DNA of 64,000 nt from Chthoniobacteraceae bacterium (GCA_031409335.1 JANNWY010000071.1:14440-78439), one strand, 5' to 3'; positions 1 to 9,440 are shown, numbered from the stretch's first letter. The notes: a model not told the origin generated them from the letters alone. Numbers and translations: made by a program.

Positions 1-263
1 CCAGGGTTGCTGGCGATCACCAGATAGCCATGACCGGGAATGATCGTCCCTTCGGGAAAGGTGAAGCTGACGCCATCCGCGATGTGCCAGGCCGACAGAT
101 CGATATCGATCGCCATCTGGTTGTGCAGTTCGATCCACTCATTCGCGCTCTCGTTGCTGGCCGGATGGTAGTGGATCTCGTTAAAGACAACCACGCTATC
201 CACTGCCGCCGCACGGTAGAGCCCGAAGGCGAGCGCGAGCGAGGCGATGAGGGAGGTTTTCAT
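1..263 (-). CDS. Secreted lamin-tail-domain (LTD) protein, 5' part only (runs off the window)
   Basis: Not in the ORF track. Manual translation from ATG 263 gives MKTSLIASLALAFGLYRAAAVDSVVVFNEIHYHPASNESANEWIELHNQMAIDIDLSAWHIADGVSFTFPEGTIIPGHGYLVIASNP: a signal peptide followed by the LTD pattern (FNEI.Y.P...EWIEL.N...DLS.W...F.FP.GT.I....YLV). Confidence 0.88.
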   Translation of the reverse strand, partial: MKTSLIASLALAFGLYRAAAVDSVVVFNEIHYHPASNESANEWIELHNQMAIDIDLSAWHIADGVSFTFPEGTIIPGHGYLVIASNP

Positions 264-278
264 GGGTTGAAGACTATA

Positions 279-449
279 GCAGACTGTTGAAGAAGTCGCG
301 GAATCCGATTCCGGATTCCTGCTCGTGCTCCTGCTCTTGATCTTGCTCCTCCGTTTCACAGAGTAACGGTCCCTCAAATCAAGATCACGACCAGGAGCAA
401 GAGCAGGATCAGGAGCAGGAGCCCGCGCCGAAATTTTTCAACAGGCTGC
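279..449. mobile_element. MITE-like element 1 with 16-bp terminal inverted repeats and an internal hexamer-repeat hairpin
   Basis: GCAGACTGTTGAAGAA (279-294) and TTTTTCAACAGGCTGC (434-449) are inverted with 2 mismatches. Inside, CCTGCT/CTTGAT-type hexamers (318-350) face the complementary CAGGAG/CAAGAT hexamers (380-421). Confidence 0.65.
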
Positions 450-451
450 CA

Positions 452-694
452 GGGCGTGTTTGCAAACTCGATCGTCCGCCAGCCTGAAAGGCTGAAACAA
501 CACAGCCCAGGGCAACGCCCAGGTAACAACCACCCAACGGTGTCAGCCCTGAAAGGGCGGGACATCCAGCAGTCATCTTGTTGTCCCGCCCCTTCAGGGT
601 TATCGCCTTTTCCAACGATGACCCAGGGCGTTGCCCTGGGCTGTGTTGTTTCAGCCTTTCAGGCTTGCCGGTGACGGAGTTTACAAACATGCCC
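452..694. mobile_element. MITE/REP-like element 2 with nested inverted repeats
   Basis: Outer 18-bp IR at 452-469 and 677-694 (2 mismatches), flanked by CA on both sides; perfect 40-bp IR at 481-520 and 626-665; inner 18-bp IR at 547-564 and 582-599. Confidence 0.75.
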
Positions 695-869
695 CAAGTC
701 GGAAACGGAACCGCTGCCTGAGCGGAAGGCTGAAAGCCGTGTGGCTTTCGTTCCCCCGTCAGGAGTGGCAGCACCTTCATGGAAACTGCCTCGTCCCTGC
801 CCGTTCTCGGACAGTCTGCTGGATCGCGAACGAGTGGGTGGCCCAGTTTCGTTCATGTTGACCAGTTTG

Positions 870-3800
870 CTACTGAAGCGGAGCGGTTTGCAGATCGGAA
901 AGTGAAATGATTCCGGAAACCTCACCGGCGCTGGTCTTGCGTGGTGCTATCAAATAAGGCCATAAGCCTCGCTTGGAGATCTGGCCTCCGGAGCTGATCG
1001 GTGTCCCATCGCTTAGTTTTCCGACGAGCCGCACAGTGCCGGCAGGCTGCACCCGGACGATTCCCTGACCGGCGCGGTCGCCACTAGGCGCGGCTATTAC
1101 CACATCCCGGCGCAGGGCGACGCCGGTATTCGCAGGGACTCCGGCACGATCCGCCAGAAAATCTGTCTTCTTTTCCCCGTCGGTAATCGTCCCCGTCAAT
1201 TTCTCCGTCTCGCCCGCGAGATCGAGCTGCAACGACACCGCCAATTTCGCATTGCCTCTGCCCCGGGCCACCCCGGCAAATTGCCTCTGTGCATCGAGCT
1301 TGCCGATGAGACGGTAGCTGCGGCCTTCATACCGGATCGTTCCGGTGAAGCGGCCTTTGCGAGTGACGGTGACGTTGACGATGCCAGGCTTTGGCGCACC
1401 GGCGACCCCGGAGTCGAACAGACCGATATAGTGTCCCCGCCCATCCGTGATGGGTGGCGTTTCTTTCTTAGCGAGCGGATCAGGTGAGGCCGCGTTGCCA
1501 GTCGCGGAGGAGTTACCGCCTGCCGATGCCGGCTGCGCCGCTCCGGCTGCCAGCGCTCCACCCGGTGCGGGTGTGCCTAAAGTGAGCGTGCCGCCGTCTT
1601 CGATCACGATGCCGTCATAAGTCCCCGAGCTCGTCAATGTCTGTGTGTTCCCGGTCGGAACATAGATGATGATGCCATAACGTGAGGCAAGGTAGGCGAA
1701 GAGGGTTCCCCGATCGGTGTCGGAAAGCGCGGAGTCGTAGATGATCAATTCCGCGATGTCGCCTTTCATGCGGGTAAATTGATCCCCGCGAGTCCCGACC
1801 CACAGCGGCGCACCGGTATCTCCAAGCGGTGCGTTGATCTGCCCGTCTCCATTCGCGACGCCGTTCAGATAGTGCCGCAGCGTGGTGCCAGCCATGTCGA
1901 AGCCGACGATTGCATAGCGCCCGGCGGTGGAAGCGGATGCTGCGGCGACTACGCCGTTTGGTCCAAGTCCGTTGCCTCGGAAGACCCGCGGGATTCCGCT
2001 GCCCGGCGCGGTGTAAAAGTCCGTGGAAGCCGGCTGGTTGCCTTGCGTCTTGCCCCACACTGCGTTGAAACTGGCAAAGTCATCGTACTTCACCACGAAG
2101 AACGATGAGATGTCGCCCGTGATCGCCAGCGAGGCCGCATGGGCTACCGCGAGCGAATCGTTGGCCCCGTCAAAACGAAGGGCTGGCTTGCCGTTGATGG
2201 CATTGGGCACAAGGGTCGGACGCTGGTTGGCGATGGTCTGCGTCGCGTTGTTAAAGCTGCCCGATTGATCATTCCACGCACTCACCGCCCCGCCGGTCTC
2301 GGTCACACCCCTGTCCCCGCGCAGCCAGAGGCGCAGGTGGGCGAGATCGGGCAGCGGGTTGGGTTCAGGCGAAGTCACCGTGAACGTGATGGGTGCCGAT
2401 AGGGTAACTGCACCCAGATTATCCGTCGCCCGAGCCTCGATGGTGGCTACAGAGGCGACCGGGAAATTCACCGACGCACTAAATGGCGCAGTCTGGTCCG
2501 TGGCTGCGACGCCACCATTGACGATGAACTCCACCTTCACGACTGAGCCACCTAGATCCGCAGCGTTGGCGCTGATCGTTACATCCACCGGCGCGACGCC
2601 AGAGCCGCCGGGTGTCGGAGCCGTGAGGGTCACAGTCGGAGCGGCATTGACCGGGGAAGCGAGCGGAACGCCGTATCTCGCGCCGAGATAGATCTGGACG
2701 CTGCGGAGATCCACCGCGGACAGCGCGGTGTCGTAGATCAGCAGCTCGGCGATGTCACCCTTCATTCGGGTGACTCCATCGTCGCGGGTACCGATCCAGA
2801 GCGGCCTGTCGGTGTCGGCAGTGCCCGTGGTGCTGACTCCCGTCCCGTTGGGCTGCCCATTCAGAAAATGAGTCAGCGAGGCTCCTGCTGCCGAAAAACC
2901 CACCAGGTCGAACGATCCGGCGTGGAGTGCGGCTGCGCCGTCCACGTTTGCGAGACTGCCGAAGGTGCCGTCTCCGCGGAAGACCCGGGGAATTCCGCTG
3001 CCCGGTAACGTGTAGAAATCGGTGGGTGCCGGCAGATTCCCGGCAGTCTTGGCCCAGACGGACCGGAACGTGCCGAAATCATCCATTTTTACGACGAAGA
3101 ACGAAGTGATATTGCCTGTGATCGAGACGCTTACTGAATCCGCCACTTGCAGGCTGTCATCGGCTCCGTCGAAACGGATGGCTGGCAGTCCGTTCACGGC
3201 GCCTGCGGCCACGATTGGCGCAGTGAGCTCGTCTGTGGCCACAGCGTCGTTGGCATGTCCGGATTGGTCTGCCCAGGTGAGCACCGTGTCGCCTGCGCCC
3301 GTCGTCACACCTGCGTCCGCCTTCAGCCAGAGTTGCAGCGTGGCGGTGACTCCCAGCGTCGGGGGCGCTCCAGCCGTGGCCGTGCGGACCACGGGTGCTG
3401 AATCCGTGATGCCGCTTCTGTCATCGGTGGCTCTGGCGGTGAAAGTATAGCTTCCAGCCGTCTCCAGCGTCACCCCGATGCTGTAGGGAGGCGCGGTGGC
3501 CGTCCCGATCAGGGTGCCATTGGCGAAGAACTTTACATTCGTGATGGTGCCATCCGTGTCATTCGCAGTCGCGGTCAGTGTCAGGGTCGTGCCAGATGGG
3601 TGGCTTGGACCTGCCGGTGTCGCACTCAGGCTGATCGTCGGCGGCTCATTGGCGATGCCATACTTTAGCCCGAGATAGGACGCCACCGACGCCCGCTCCG
3701 CCGGGGTCAGGGCGCGGTCGTAAATCAGGATTTCCGCGATGTCCCCTTTCATCTTCGTAAAGAGATCGCCCCGCGTGCCGATCAGGAGTGCGGCATCGGT

Positions 3801-4454
3801 ATCGGCCTCGATCACGTCGATGGTGCCGCTGCTCGTGACCGAGCCGCCAATGAAGTGCGAGCAAGTCGTGCCCTCCATGGCAAATCCCACCGTCTGGTAC
3901 GTGGCGGCAGTCAGCGCCACGTTGCTCTGGAAAGGGGCCAACTGCCCGCCGGTGCCGTCACCCCGATAAACCTGGGGGAATCCAGATCCCGGCTGGGTGT
4001 AGAAATCCGTGGGAGCGGGCTGGTTGCCTTGAGTCTTCGCCCAGACCGCGCGAAAGGTCGCAAAGTCATCGAACTTCACGACAAAAAATGTCGTGATATC
4101 TCCAGTGATCGAGAGGCTCGCTGTGTCGGGGATGCCCAGGTAGTCGTCCACTCCGTCAAAGCGCAGCACGGGTTTCCCATTCAGCGCATTGAGGATGCGC
4201 TTCGGAGTGTTTGGCACATCGGGAGCCGCCGCGATCTGGCTGGCCGCATCCGGGCTGGGACTCTGGTCTGCCCACGAGAGAACGTTGTCGGAGCCATCGT
4301 CGGTGACGCCTGCATCGGCCTTCAGCCAGAGTTGCAGATCGGTGGTGACCGTGAGGGTTTGCGCGTGTGCTGCGTTTGACGCGAGTGAAAAGGCGAGTGA
4401 AAAGGCGAGGCAGCCGGCAAGGATGCGGCAATATGAAAAGAGGGAATGTTTCAT
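870..4454 (-). CDS. Large secreted protein: three LamG/concanavalin A-like repeats separated by two bacterial Ig-like domains, plus a C-terminal beta domain
   Basis: Start moved to MKHSLFSY (ATG 4454), with a signal peptide ending AAHA-Q. Three ~225-aa repeats (L.LWL..D.GV...W.DQS...RFDG.DD.L...MKGDIAE..IYD.AL) and two Ig-like units (P...L.A...V.F..NG......APY/FS...ARATD..G). Confidence 0.85.
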   Translation of the reverse strand: MKHSLFSYCRILAGCLAFSLAFSLASNAAHAQTLTVTTDLQLWLKADAGVTDDGSDNVLSWADQSPSPDAASQIAAAPDVPNTPKRILNALNGKPVLRFDGVDDYLGIPDTASLSITGDITTFFVVKFDDFATFRAVWAKTQGNQPAPTDFYTQPGSGFPQVYRGDGTGGQLAPFQSNVALTAATYQTVGFAMEGTTCSHFIGGSVTSSGTIDVIEADTDAALLIGTRGDLFTKMKGDIAEILIYDRALTPAERASVASYLGLKYGIANEPPTISLSATPAGPSHPSGTTLTLTATANDTDGTITNVKFFANGTLIGTATAPPYSIGVTLETAGSYTFTARATDDRSGITDSAPVVRTATAGAPPTLGVTATLQLWLKADAGVTTGAGDTVLTWADQSGHANDAVATDELTAPIVAAGAVNGLPAIRFDGADDSLQVADSVSVSITGNITSFFVVKMDDFGTFRSVWAKTAGNLPAPTDFYTLPGSGIPRVFRGDGTFGSLANVDGAAALHAGSFDLVGFSAAGASLTHFLNGQPNGTGVSTTGTADTDRPLWIGTRDDGVTRMKGDIAELLIYDTALSAVDLRSVQIYLGARYGVPLASPVNAAPTVTLTAPTPGGSGVAPVDVTISANAADLGGSVVKVEFIVNGGVAATDQTAPFSASVNFPVASVATIEARATDNLGAVTLSAPITFTVTSPEPNPLPDLAHLRLWLRGDRGVTETGGAVSAWNDQSGSFNNATQTIANQRPTLVPNAINGKPALRFDGANDSLAVAHAASLAITGDISSFFVVKYDDFASFNAVWGKTQGNQPASTDFYTAPGSGIPRVFRGNGLGPNGVVAAASASTAGRYAIVGFDMAGTTLRHYLNGVANGDGQINAPLGDTGAPLWVGTRGDQFTRMKGDIAELIIYDSALSDTDRGTLFAYLASRYGIIIYVPTGNTQTLTSSGTYDGIVIEDGGTLTLGTPAPGGALAAGAAQPASAGGNSSATGNAASPDPLAKKETPPITDGRGHYIGLFDSGVAGAPKPGIVNVTVTRKGRFTGTIRYEGRSYRLIGKLDAQRQFAGVARGRGNAKLAVSLQLDLAGETEKLTGTITDGEKKTDFLADRAGVPANTGVALRRDVVIAAPSGDRAGQGIVRVQPAGTVRLVGKLSDGTPISSGGQISKRGLWPYLIAPRKTSAGEVSGIISLSDLQTAPLQ

Positions 4455-4825
4455 TTTTGGTGTGTTGGTTTTTGGACGAGTTGAACTGGCACTCCGGTTG
4501 GGTTCGATGTTTGCGAGTAGTTCCGGTCGGCTCACCTGCCGGGATGGTTTTGAAATTGGAGAGCTGGTCGCTTGATCGTTAGCCCGGTCCTCACGGCAAC
4601 GACGGGTGTCCAAAAGTTGGCGGGATCGCATGCAACTGGACATATCTTTTTCTACTCTCCCCGCCCCTTTAAGCACAAGACTTTTTTCCTATCTCTTAAG
4701 TCCCCACTGAATGGCTCAGCGGAAGAGGGCGAAAAAAAAGAAAAAGAAGAGGAAGACGGGGGGCAATCATTACCACCGTAAGATTTCGATTCCGCATTTC
4801 ACGAAATCTCCCTTCACTGTCGCGC

Positions 4826-5557
4826 ATGGCCTTCCACTCCCGCCGCCTCGTCATCCTCGCCCTGCTCGTCATCTCGATCGGCCTGCTCATCCCCGGACTC
4901 TTCCAGCCCGTCATCACCATCCGCGGGGTGCTGAAGCCTGAAGGCGTTTCTTTCATCGCCCCGCAGATGCTGGAGAAGGGCCTCGGCGAGGACACGGTCG
5001 CGGCGCTGAAGGGGCTGATGAATCCCGCGATGGTCACGCTCCTCGAAGCCACTGGCGGCGATTTGAAAAAGATGATGATCGAGAGGCTCTCGCCGCAGAT
5101 CGTCGCCTCACTGCAAAAGAACGTCGAGGACATCCAAGTCTATGAGCAGACCCGCAGCATCGTCAGCACCGTGCAGCATCTCTACGAAGTGAAAAGCCCG
5201 ATGCCCGCCACGCTCATCCTGCTCTTCAGCGTCGTCGTTCCGTTTGCAAAAGGCGCGATGATCCTCTGGGCGCTGTTCCAGCGCGAAGCGGAGCGCCGCC
5301 GCAGCACGCTCGATTTTGTGGAACTCATCGGCAAATGGTCGATGGCCGATGTCTTCGTTGTCGCGCTCTTCATCGCCTACCTCGCCGCGCAAGCCAGCCA
5401 GACCCCGCCCGGCGATCCGAACTACCCGCCACCGATGGTCGCCTTCACCGCGGACTTCGGCTCCGGCTTCTACTGGTTCACCGCCTACTGCATTTTTTCC
5501 GTCGCCGCGCAGCAATTCACGACCCGGTGGTTTGCGCGCGGGGCGGTGGAAAAATAG
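4826..5557 (+). CDS. Paraquat-inducible protein A (PqiA) family membrane protein
   Basis: Motifs LFSVVVPFAK and IGKWSMADVFVVA, and the C-terminal GFYWFTAY, are typical of the PqiA domain. Confidence 0.8.
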   Translation: MAFHSRRLVILALLVISIGLLIPGLFQPVITIRGVLKPEGVSFIAPQMLEKGLGEDTVAALKGLMNPAMVTLLEATGGDLKKMMIERLSPQIVASLQKNVEDIQVYEQTRSIVSTVQHLYEVKSPMPATLILLFSVVVPFAKGAMILWALFQREAERRRSTLDFVELIGKWSMADVFVVALFIAYLAAQASQTPPGDPNYPPPMVAFTADFGSGFYWFTAYCIFSVAAQQFTTRWFARGAVEK

Positions 5558-5672
5558 CGGCGAAGTTTCGCGAACTTCACCTTCCACTTTTTCTCCCGCA
5601 CCTGCTACAGACTTTCCTTCAGCCTCGCTAAAACGGCGGGGCCGCAGAAAACATCCAAACTCGTAACTCACT

Positions 5673-5762
5673 ATGGCCAAAGGCAACAACGCTCACAAAA
5701 AAGAAGTCAAAAAACCGAAGAAGGAAAAACCTAAAATTGTAGCCACGCGCCGCAGTTCCTAG
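5673..5762 (+). CDS. 29-aa lysine-rich small protein
   Basis: Manual translation MAKGNNAHKKEVKKPKKEKPKIVATRRSS*; below the ORF-track size cutoff; sits alone in the intergenic gap. Confidence 0.6.
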   Translation: MAKGNNAHKKEVKKPKKEKPKIVATRRSS

Positions 5763-5853
5763 GCGGTCTTCTTTTCATCCAAACATCGCCCGTGCGATGA
5801 ATCATCCGCCGCGGCAAATGTAGCCGCGGCGGATTCCCTTCTCGTTTCCTCCC

Positions 5854-7449
5854 ATGAATCGACCCCGCCTCAGTCTCCTTCAGATTTTCAACATGAGCTT
5901 CGGCTTCCTGGGCATTCAGTTCGGGTTTGGCCTCCAACTCGCGAATATGAGCGCGATCTACGCAAAGCTAGGCGCGGAGCCTTCAAAAATCCCGCTGCTC
6001 TGGCTCGCCGGCCCGATGACGGGGCTGCTCGTGCAGCCGATCATCGGCAGCATGAGCGATCGCACCTGGAACTGGCTCGGGCGGCGGCGTCCGTATTTCA
6101 CCGTGGGCGCGATCCTTTCCAGCATCGCGCTTTTTTTCATGCCGGATGCGCCCGCGCTCTGGGTGGCGGCGTCGATGCTCTGGGTGCTGGATGCGAGCAT
6201 CAATGTCTCGATGGAACCCTTCCGCGCTTTCGTCGCCGACAAGCTGCCGCCCGAGCAGCGCACGACGGGATTCGTGATGCAGAGCTTTTTCATCGGCATC
6301 GGCGCGGCGGTGGCGAATGCCCTGCCGTCCATCTTCGCGCACTACGGCGTCACGGGGAATGCGGCGAACGGCGTGCCACTCACGGTCGTGTATTCCTTCA
6401 AGCTTGGTGCCGCGGCGTTCCTGCTCGCGGTGCTCTACACCGTTTTCACGAGCAAGGAGTATCCGCCGGAAAACCTGGCGGAATTCCAGCGGCAAAAGAG
6501 CACGCACAAAACGTTTCATTTTCACCCCATGTTCCTGCTCGTCGGCGCAATCGCGGGCGCGCTGCTCGGAGCGTCGCGGGGCGCGCTGGTGGAGCATCAT
6601 CTCACCATCTGGCACGTGCTCATCGGCGGCGGCATCGGCGCGGCGATCGGGCTCGTGCTCAGCGGGCCGGAGGTCTCCGCCGCCGTCCGCGAAATGCCGC
6701 GCACGATGAAGCAGCTCGCGGTCGTCCAGTTCTTCACCTGGCTCGGACTTTTTTGCATGTGGATGTTCTTCGGCCTCGCCACGGCGCAGCAGATTTTCGG
6801 AGCGACCGATCCGAAGTCGGCCATCTTCGATGAAGGCACGGCCTTCGGCGGGCAGACGTTCGCGTGGTATTCCATCGTGTGCCTCTTCGCCGCCCTGGCG
6901 ATGCAGCGTTTAGCCTGGCAGGTATTGTGGCCAGCTACCTTGGCCTGCTGGTTTGTCGTGGCTTCGGTTGCTTACTATTTCTTCAATGTGCCGCCGCAAA
7001 TAGGCTTGGTGTTAAAGTCGCTTGCTTCTTGTTTTTGCCTGGTTGGGGTTATCCGTATTGCGATTGGCACGCTATCGCGGAAGTGGTTTCACACGCTTGC
7101 CTTGCTGTCAGCGGCTGTTGCTTTGGGTGCCACCGGCTTCATTAAAGGAATGGAGTCGAAACTGGCTTGGCAATGCACGATGATCGGGGTCGGCATCGCG
7201 TGGGCGTCCATTCTTTCCATGCCCTACGCGATTCTCAGCGGCTCGCTCCCCGCAAAGCGCATGGGCGTTTACATGGGCATCTTCAATTTCTTCATCGTGA
7301 TCCCCGAAATCCTCGCGAGCCTCGCGCTGGAGCCGATCGTGAAGGACGCGTTCGGGAATGATCCGGTGAAGGTCGTGATGATGGGCGGCGCGTCGCTGCT
7401 GATCGCGGCGGTGGCGACGCAGTTTGTGAAAGACGAGTCGCCGGTGTGA
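5854..7449 (+). CDS. MFS sugar transporter (maltose/sucrose, MalT/SLC45-like)
   Basis: [64 protein letters not shown] and [15 protein letters not shown]; adjacent to a GH13 gene. Confidence 0.9.
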   Translation: MNRPRLSLLQIFNMSFGFLGIQFGFGLQLANMSAIYAKLGAEPSKIPLLWLAGPMTGLLVQPIIGSMSDRTWNWLGRRRPYFTVGAILSSIALFFMPDAPALWVAASMLWVLDASINVSMEPFRAFVADKLPPEQRTTGFVMQSFFIGIGAAVANALPSIFAHYGVTGNAANGVPLTVVYSFKLGAAAFLLAVLYTVFTSKEYPPENLAEFQRQKSTHKTFHFHPMFLLVGAIAGALLGASRGALVEHHLTIWHVLIGGGIGAAIGLVLSGPEVSAAVREMPRTMKQLAVVQFFTWLGLFCMWMFFGLATAQQIFGATDPKSAIFDEGTAFGGQTFAWYSIVCLFAALAMQRLAWQVLWPATLACWFVVASVAYYFFNVPPQIGLVLKSLASCFCLVGVIRIAIGTLSRKWFHTLALLSAAVALGATGFIKGMESKLAWQCTMIGVGIAWASILSMPYAILSGSLPAKRMGVYMGIFNFFIVIPEILASLALEPIVKDAFGNDPVKVVMMGGASLLIAAVATQFVKDESPV

Positions 7450-7489
7450 AGGCGCGATTTTTTGGGGGCGTGTTCCGATTCGTTGCGTG

Positions 7490-7605
7490 CCTGCGGCGCT
7501 CAACGTTCAACGTCCAACTTTCAACGTCCAACGTTCAAAGGTCTGTGGCCCGCGTTGGAAGTTGGACGTTGAAAGTTGAACGTTGGAAGTTGAGCCGCCC
7601 GCAGG
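7490..7605. repeat. Heptamer-repeat palindromic element
   Basis: TCAACGT/CCAACTT-type units (7500-7538) face the complementary GTTGGAA/ACGTTGA units (7555-7593), closed by CCTGCGG...CCGCAGG. Confidence 0.8.
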
Positions 7606-7622
7606 GCCGCCTCGCCATCGCG

Positions 7623-9419
7623 GTGCGCATCCTAATTCTCAGCACCTTCCTCATCCCCGCCACCAACGCCGAGCGCCCGGTCATCTACCAGCTCTTCGTC
7701 CGCCATTTCGGCAACACGAACGAAACCCGCAAACCGAACGGCACCCTCGCGGAAAACGGCGTCGGAAAATTCGCCGACATCAACGATGCCGCGCTCAAAT
7801 CCCTGCGCGAACTCGGCATCACGCACGTCTGGCTCACCGGCATTGTGCAGCAGGCCACGCGCACCGATTACACCGCGATCGGCCAGCCCGCCGACGATCC
7901 TGATATTTGCAAAGGCCGGGCCGGGAGTCCTTATGCCATCAAGGATTGCTTCGATGTGTGCCCCGATTACGCAAACGACCCAGCGCGGCGGATGGACGAA
8001 TTCAAGGCGCTCGTGCAGCGGTGTCACGCGCATGGTTTGAAAGTGCTCATCGACTTCGTGCCGAACCACGTCTCGCGAGCCTACGCGAGCGACGTTCGCC
8101 CCGATCTCAGCTTCGGCGCGCAAGACGACCGGACAAAATTCTTCGCGCCCGACAACAGTTTTTTCTACCTGCAATCCGGCACTCCGCCGCTGCGCCTCCC
8201 AACGACCGGCCAGCCGGATTGCGACGGCCTCTTCGACGGCGAGCGCACGTTCGGTCGCGTGACCGGAAACAACGCCGCGACGTGGACGCCGAAATCCAGC
8301 GATTGGTACGAGACGGTGAAACTCAACTACGGCTGGAACTATCTCGATGGCCACCCGCCACGCTTCGGTCCTGGAGTTGAGGGGCCACCGCGCACTTGGA
8401 TATTTATGGATGCGGTTCTTGCGCACTGGCAGGCGCTCGGCGTCGATGGCTTCCGCTGCGACATGGCGCACATGATTCCGATGGGATTCTGGAACTACGC
8501 AATCGAACTCGCACGCATCCGGCGACCGGGCACCATTTTCATCGCCGAAGCCTACGACAACGATCCCGCAAAGCTCACCGACGGAAACGTGCTCGATAGG
8601 CTGCTAGAACTTGGCTTCGACGCGGTGTACGACGATCCGAGTTACGACCTGCTAAAAGAAATTTACGACGGCCCAAAGTGGGCGGGCGACCTCGACGCGC
8701 TCATCACAAACAGCCCGCGCTTTCACCGCTCCCTGCGCTACGCGGAAAATCACGACGAAGTCCGCCTCGCCAATCCCAAGCAATGGCGCGGCGCAGGCAT
8801 GCACGTCGGACGCCCCGTGAGCGCGATCCTCTTCGCGCTCGGGCGCGGCCCGATCATGCTCTACAACGGCCAGGAAGTCGGCGAGCCCGCGCTCGGTGCG
8901 GAAGGCTACGGCGGCGACGACGCGCGCACGACGATCTTCGATTACTGGTCGCTGCCGGAGTTGGTGAAATGGAACAATGGCCATCGTTTTGACGGCGCGG
9001 GTTTGAGCCTGGAACAGAAAGCATTGCGGCAATTCTACGCGAACCTCCTGCGCGCCGTGCGCGATCCCGTTTTCCAAACCGGCGAAACCATCCCGCTCAC
9101 CAAGCTCAACGAAAAGAACGCGCGCTTCGGTCGCCTCGCCGGCGAAACGGCGAGCGGTCACTGGCTCTGCGCTTTCCTCCGCGCCAGCGAGGACAAAAAA
9201 TCCGCCGCGCTGATTGTCGCGAATCTGCATCCCAGCGAGGCGATGAACGACGTTCGTGTGAATCTGCCCGTCGGCTTCGCGACCGACGGTGCGCGCCTCG
9301 TCGAAATTCCGCTCGGGTTTCCTGCTGCGGATTCGCTTGCCGTTGAAGCCGGCGTTGTCGGCCCGCTCGCGCTCCCACCGTTGAGCGCGCGCCTCCTGCG
9401 AATTTCGGCGAAGCCGTAA
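7623..9419 (+). CDS. GH13 alpha-amylase family glycoside hydrolase
   Basis: Conserved regions DFVPNH, GFRCDMAH (nucleophile), AEAY (acid/base) and YAENHDE. Start moved to GTG 7623 because the ORF-track N-terminus reads through the repeat element. Confidence 0.9.
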   Translation: MRILILSTFLIPATNAERPVIYQLFVRHFGNTNETRKPNGTLAENGVGKFADINDAALKSLRELGITHVWLTGIVQQATRTDYTAIGQPADDPDICKGRAGSPYAIKDCFDVCPDYANDPARRMDEFKALVQRCHAHGLKVLIDFVPNHVSRAYASDVRPDLSFGAQDDRTKFFAPDNSFFYLQSGTPPLRLPTTGQPDCDGLFDGERTFGRVTGNNAATWTPKSSDWYETVKLNYGWNYLDGHPPRFGPGVEGPPRTWIFMDAVLAHWQALGVDGFRCDMAHMIPMGFWNYAIELARIRRPGTIFIAEAYDNDPAKLTDGNVLDRLLELGFDAVYDDPSYDLLKEIYDGPKWAGDLDALITNSPRFHRSLRYAENHDEVRLANPKQWRGAGMHVGRPVSAILFALGRGPIMLYNGQEVGEPALGAEGYGGDDARTTIFDYWSLPELVKWNNGHRFDGAGLSLEQKALRQFYANLLRAVRDPVFQTGETIPLTKLNEKNARFGRLAGETASGHWLCAFLRASEDKKSAALIVANLHPSEAMNDVRVNLPVGFATDGARLVEIPLGFPAADSLAVEAGVVGPLALPPLSARLLRISAKP

Positions 9420-9440
9420 AGGTGGACGTCGCGCGCGGAG

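Noticed and set aside
279..694. Possible CRISPR array or small CDSs (ORFs 374-565, 409-780, 456-674)
   Set aside because: The repeats are inverted, not direct repeats with unique spacers; no cas genes are present; the ORFs just translate the repeats.
4487..4502. Sigma-54-like TGGCACTCCGGTTGGG
   Set aside because: The -12 element reads GG rather than GC, and the site points away from the adjacent gene.
7446..7622. N-terminal extension of the GH13 ORF
   Set aside because: It translates the heptamer palindrome (STFNVQLSTSNVQ); the real start is probably GTG 7623.
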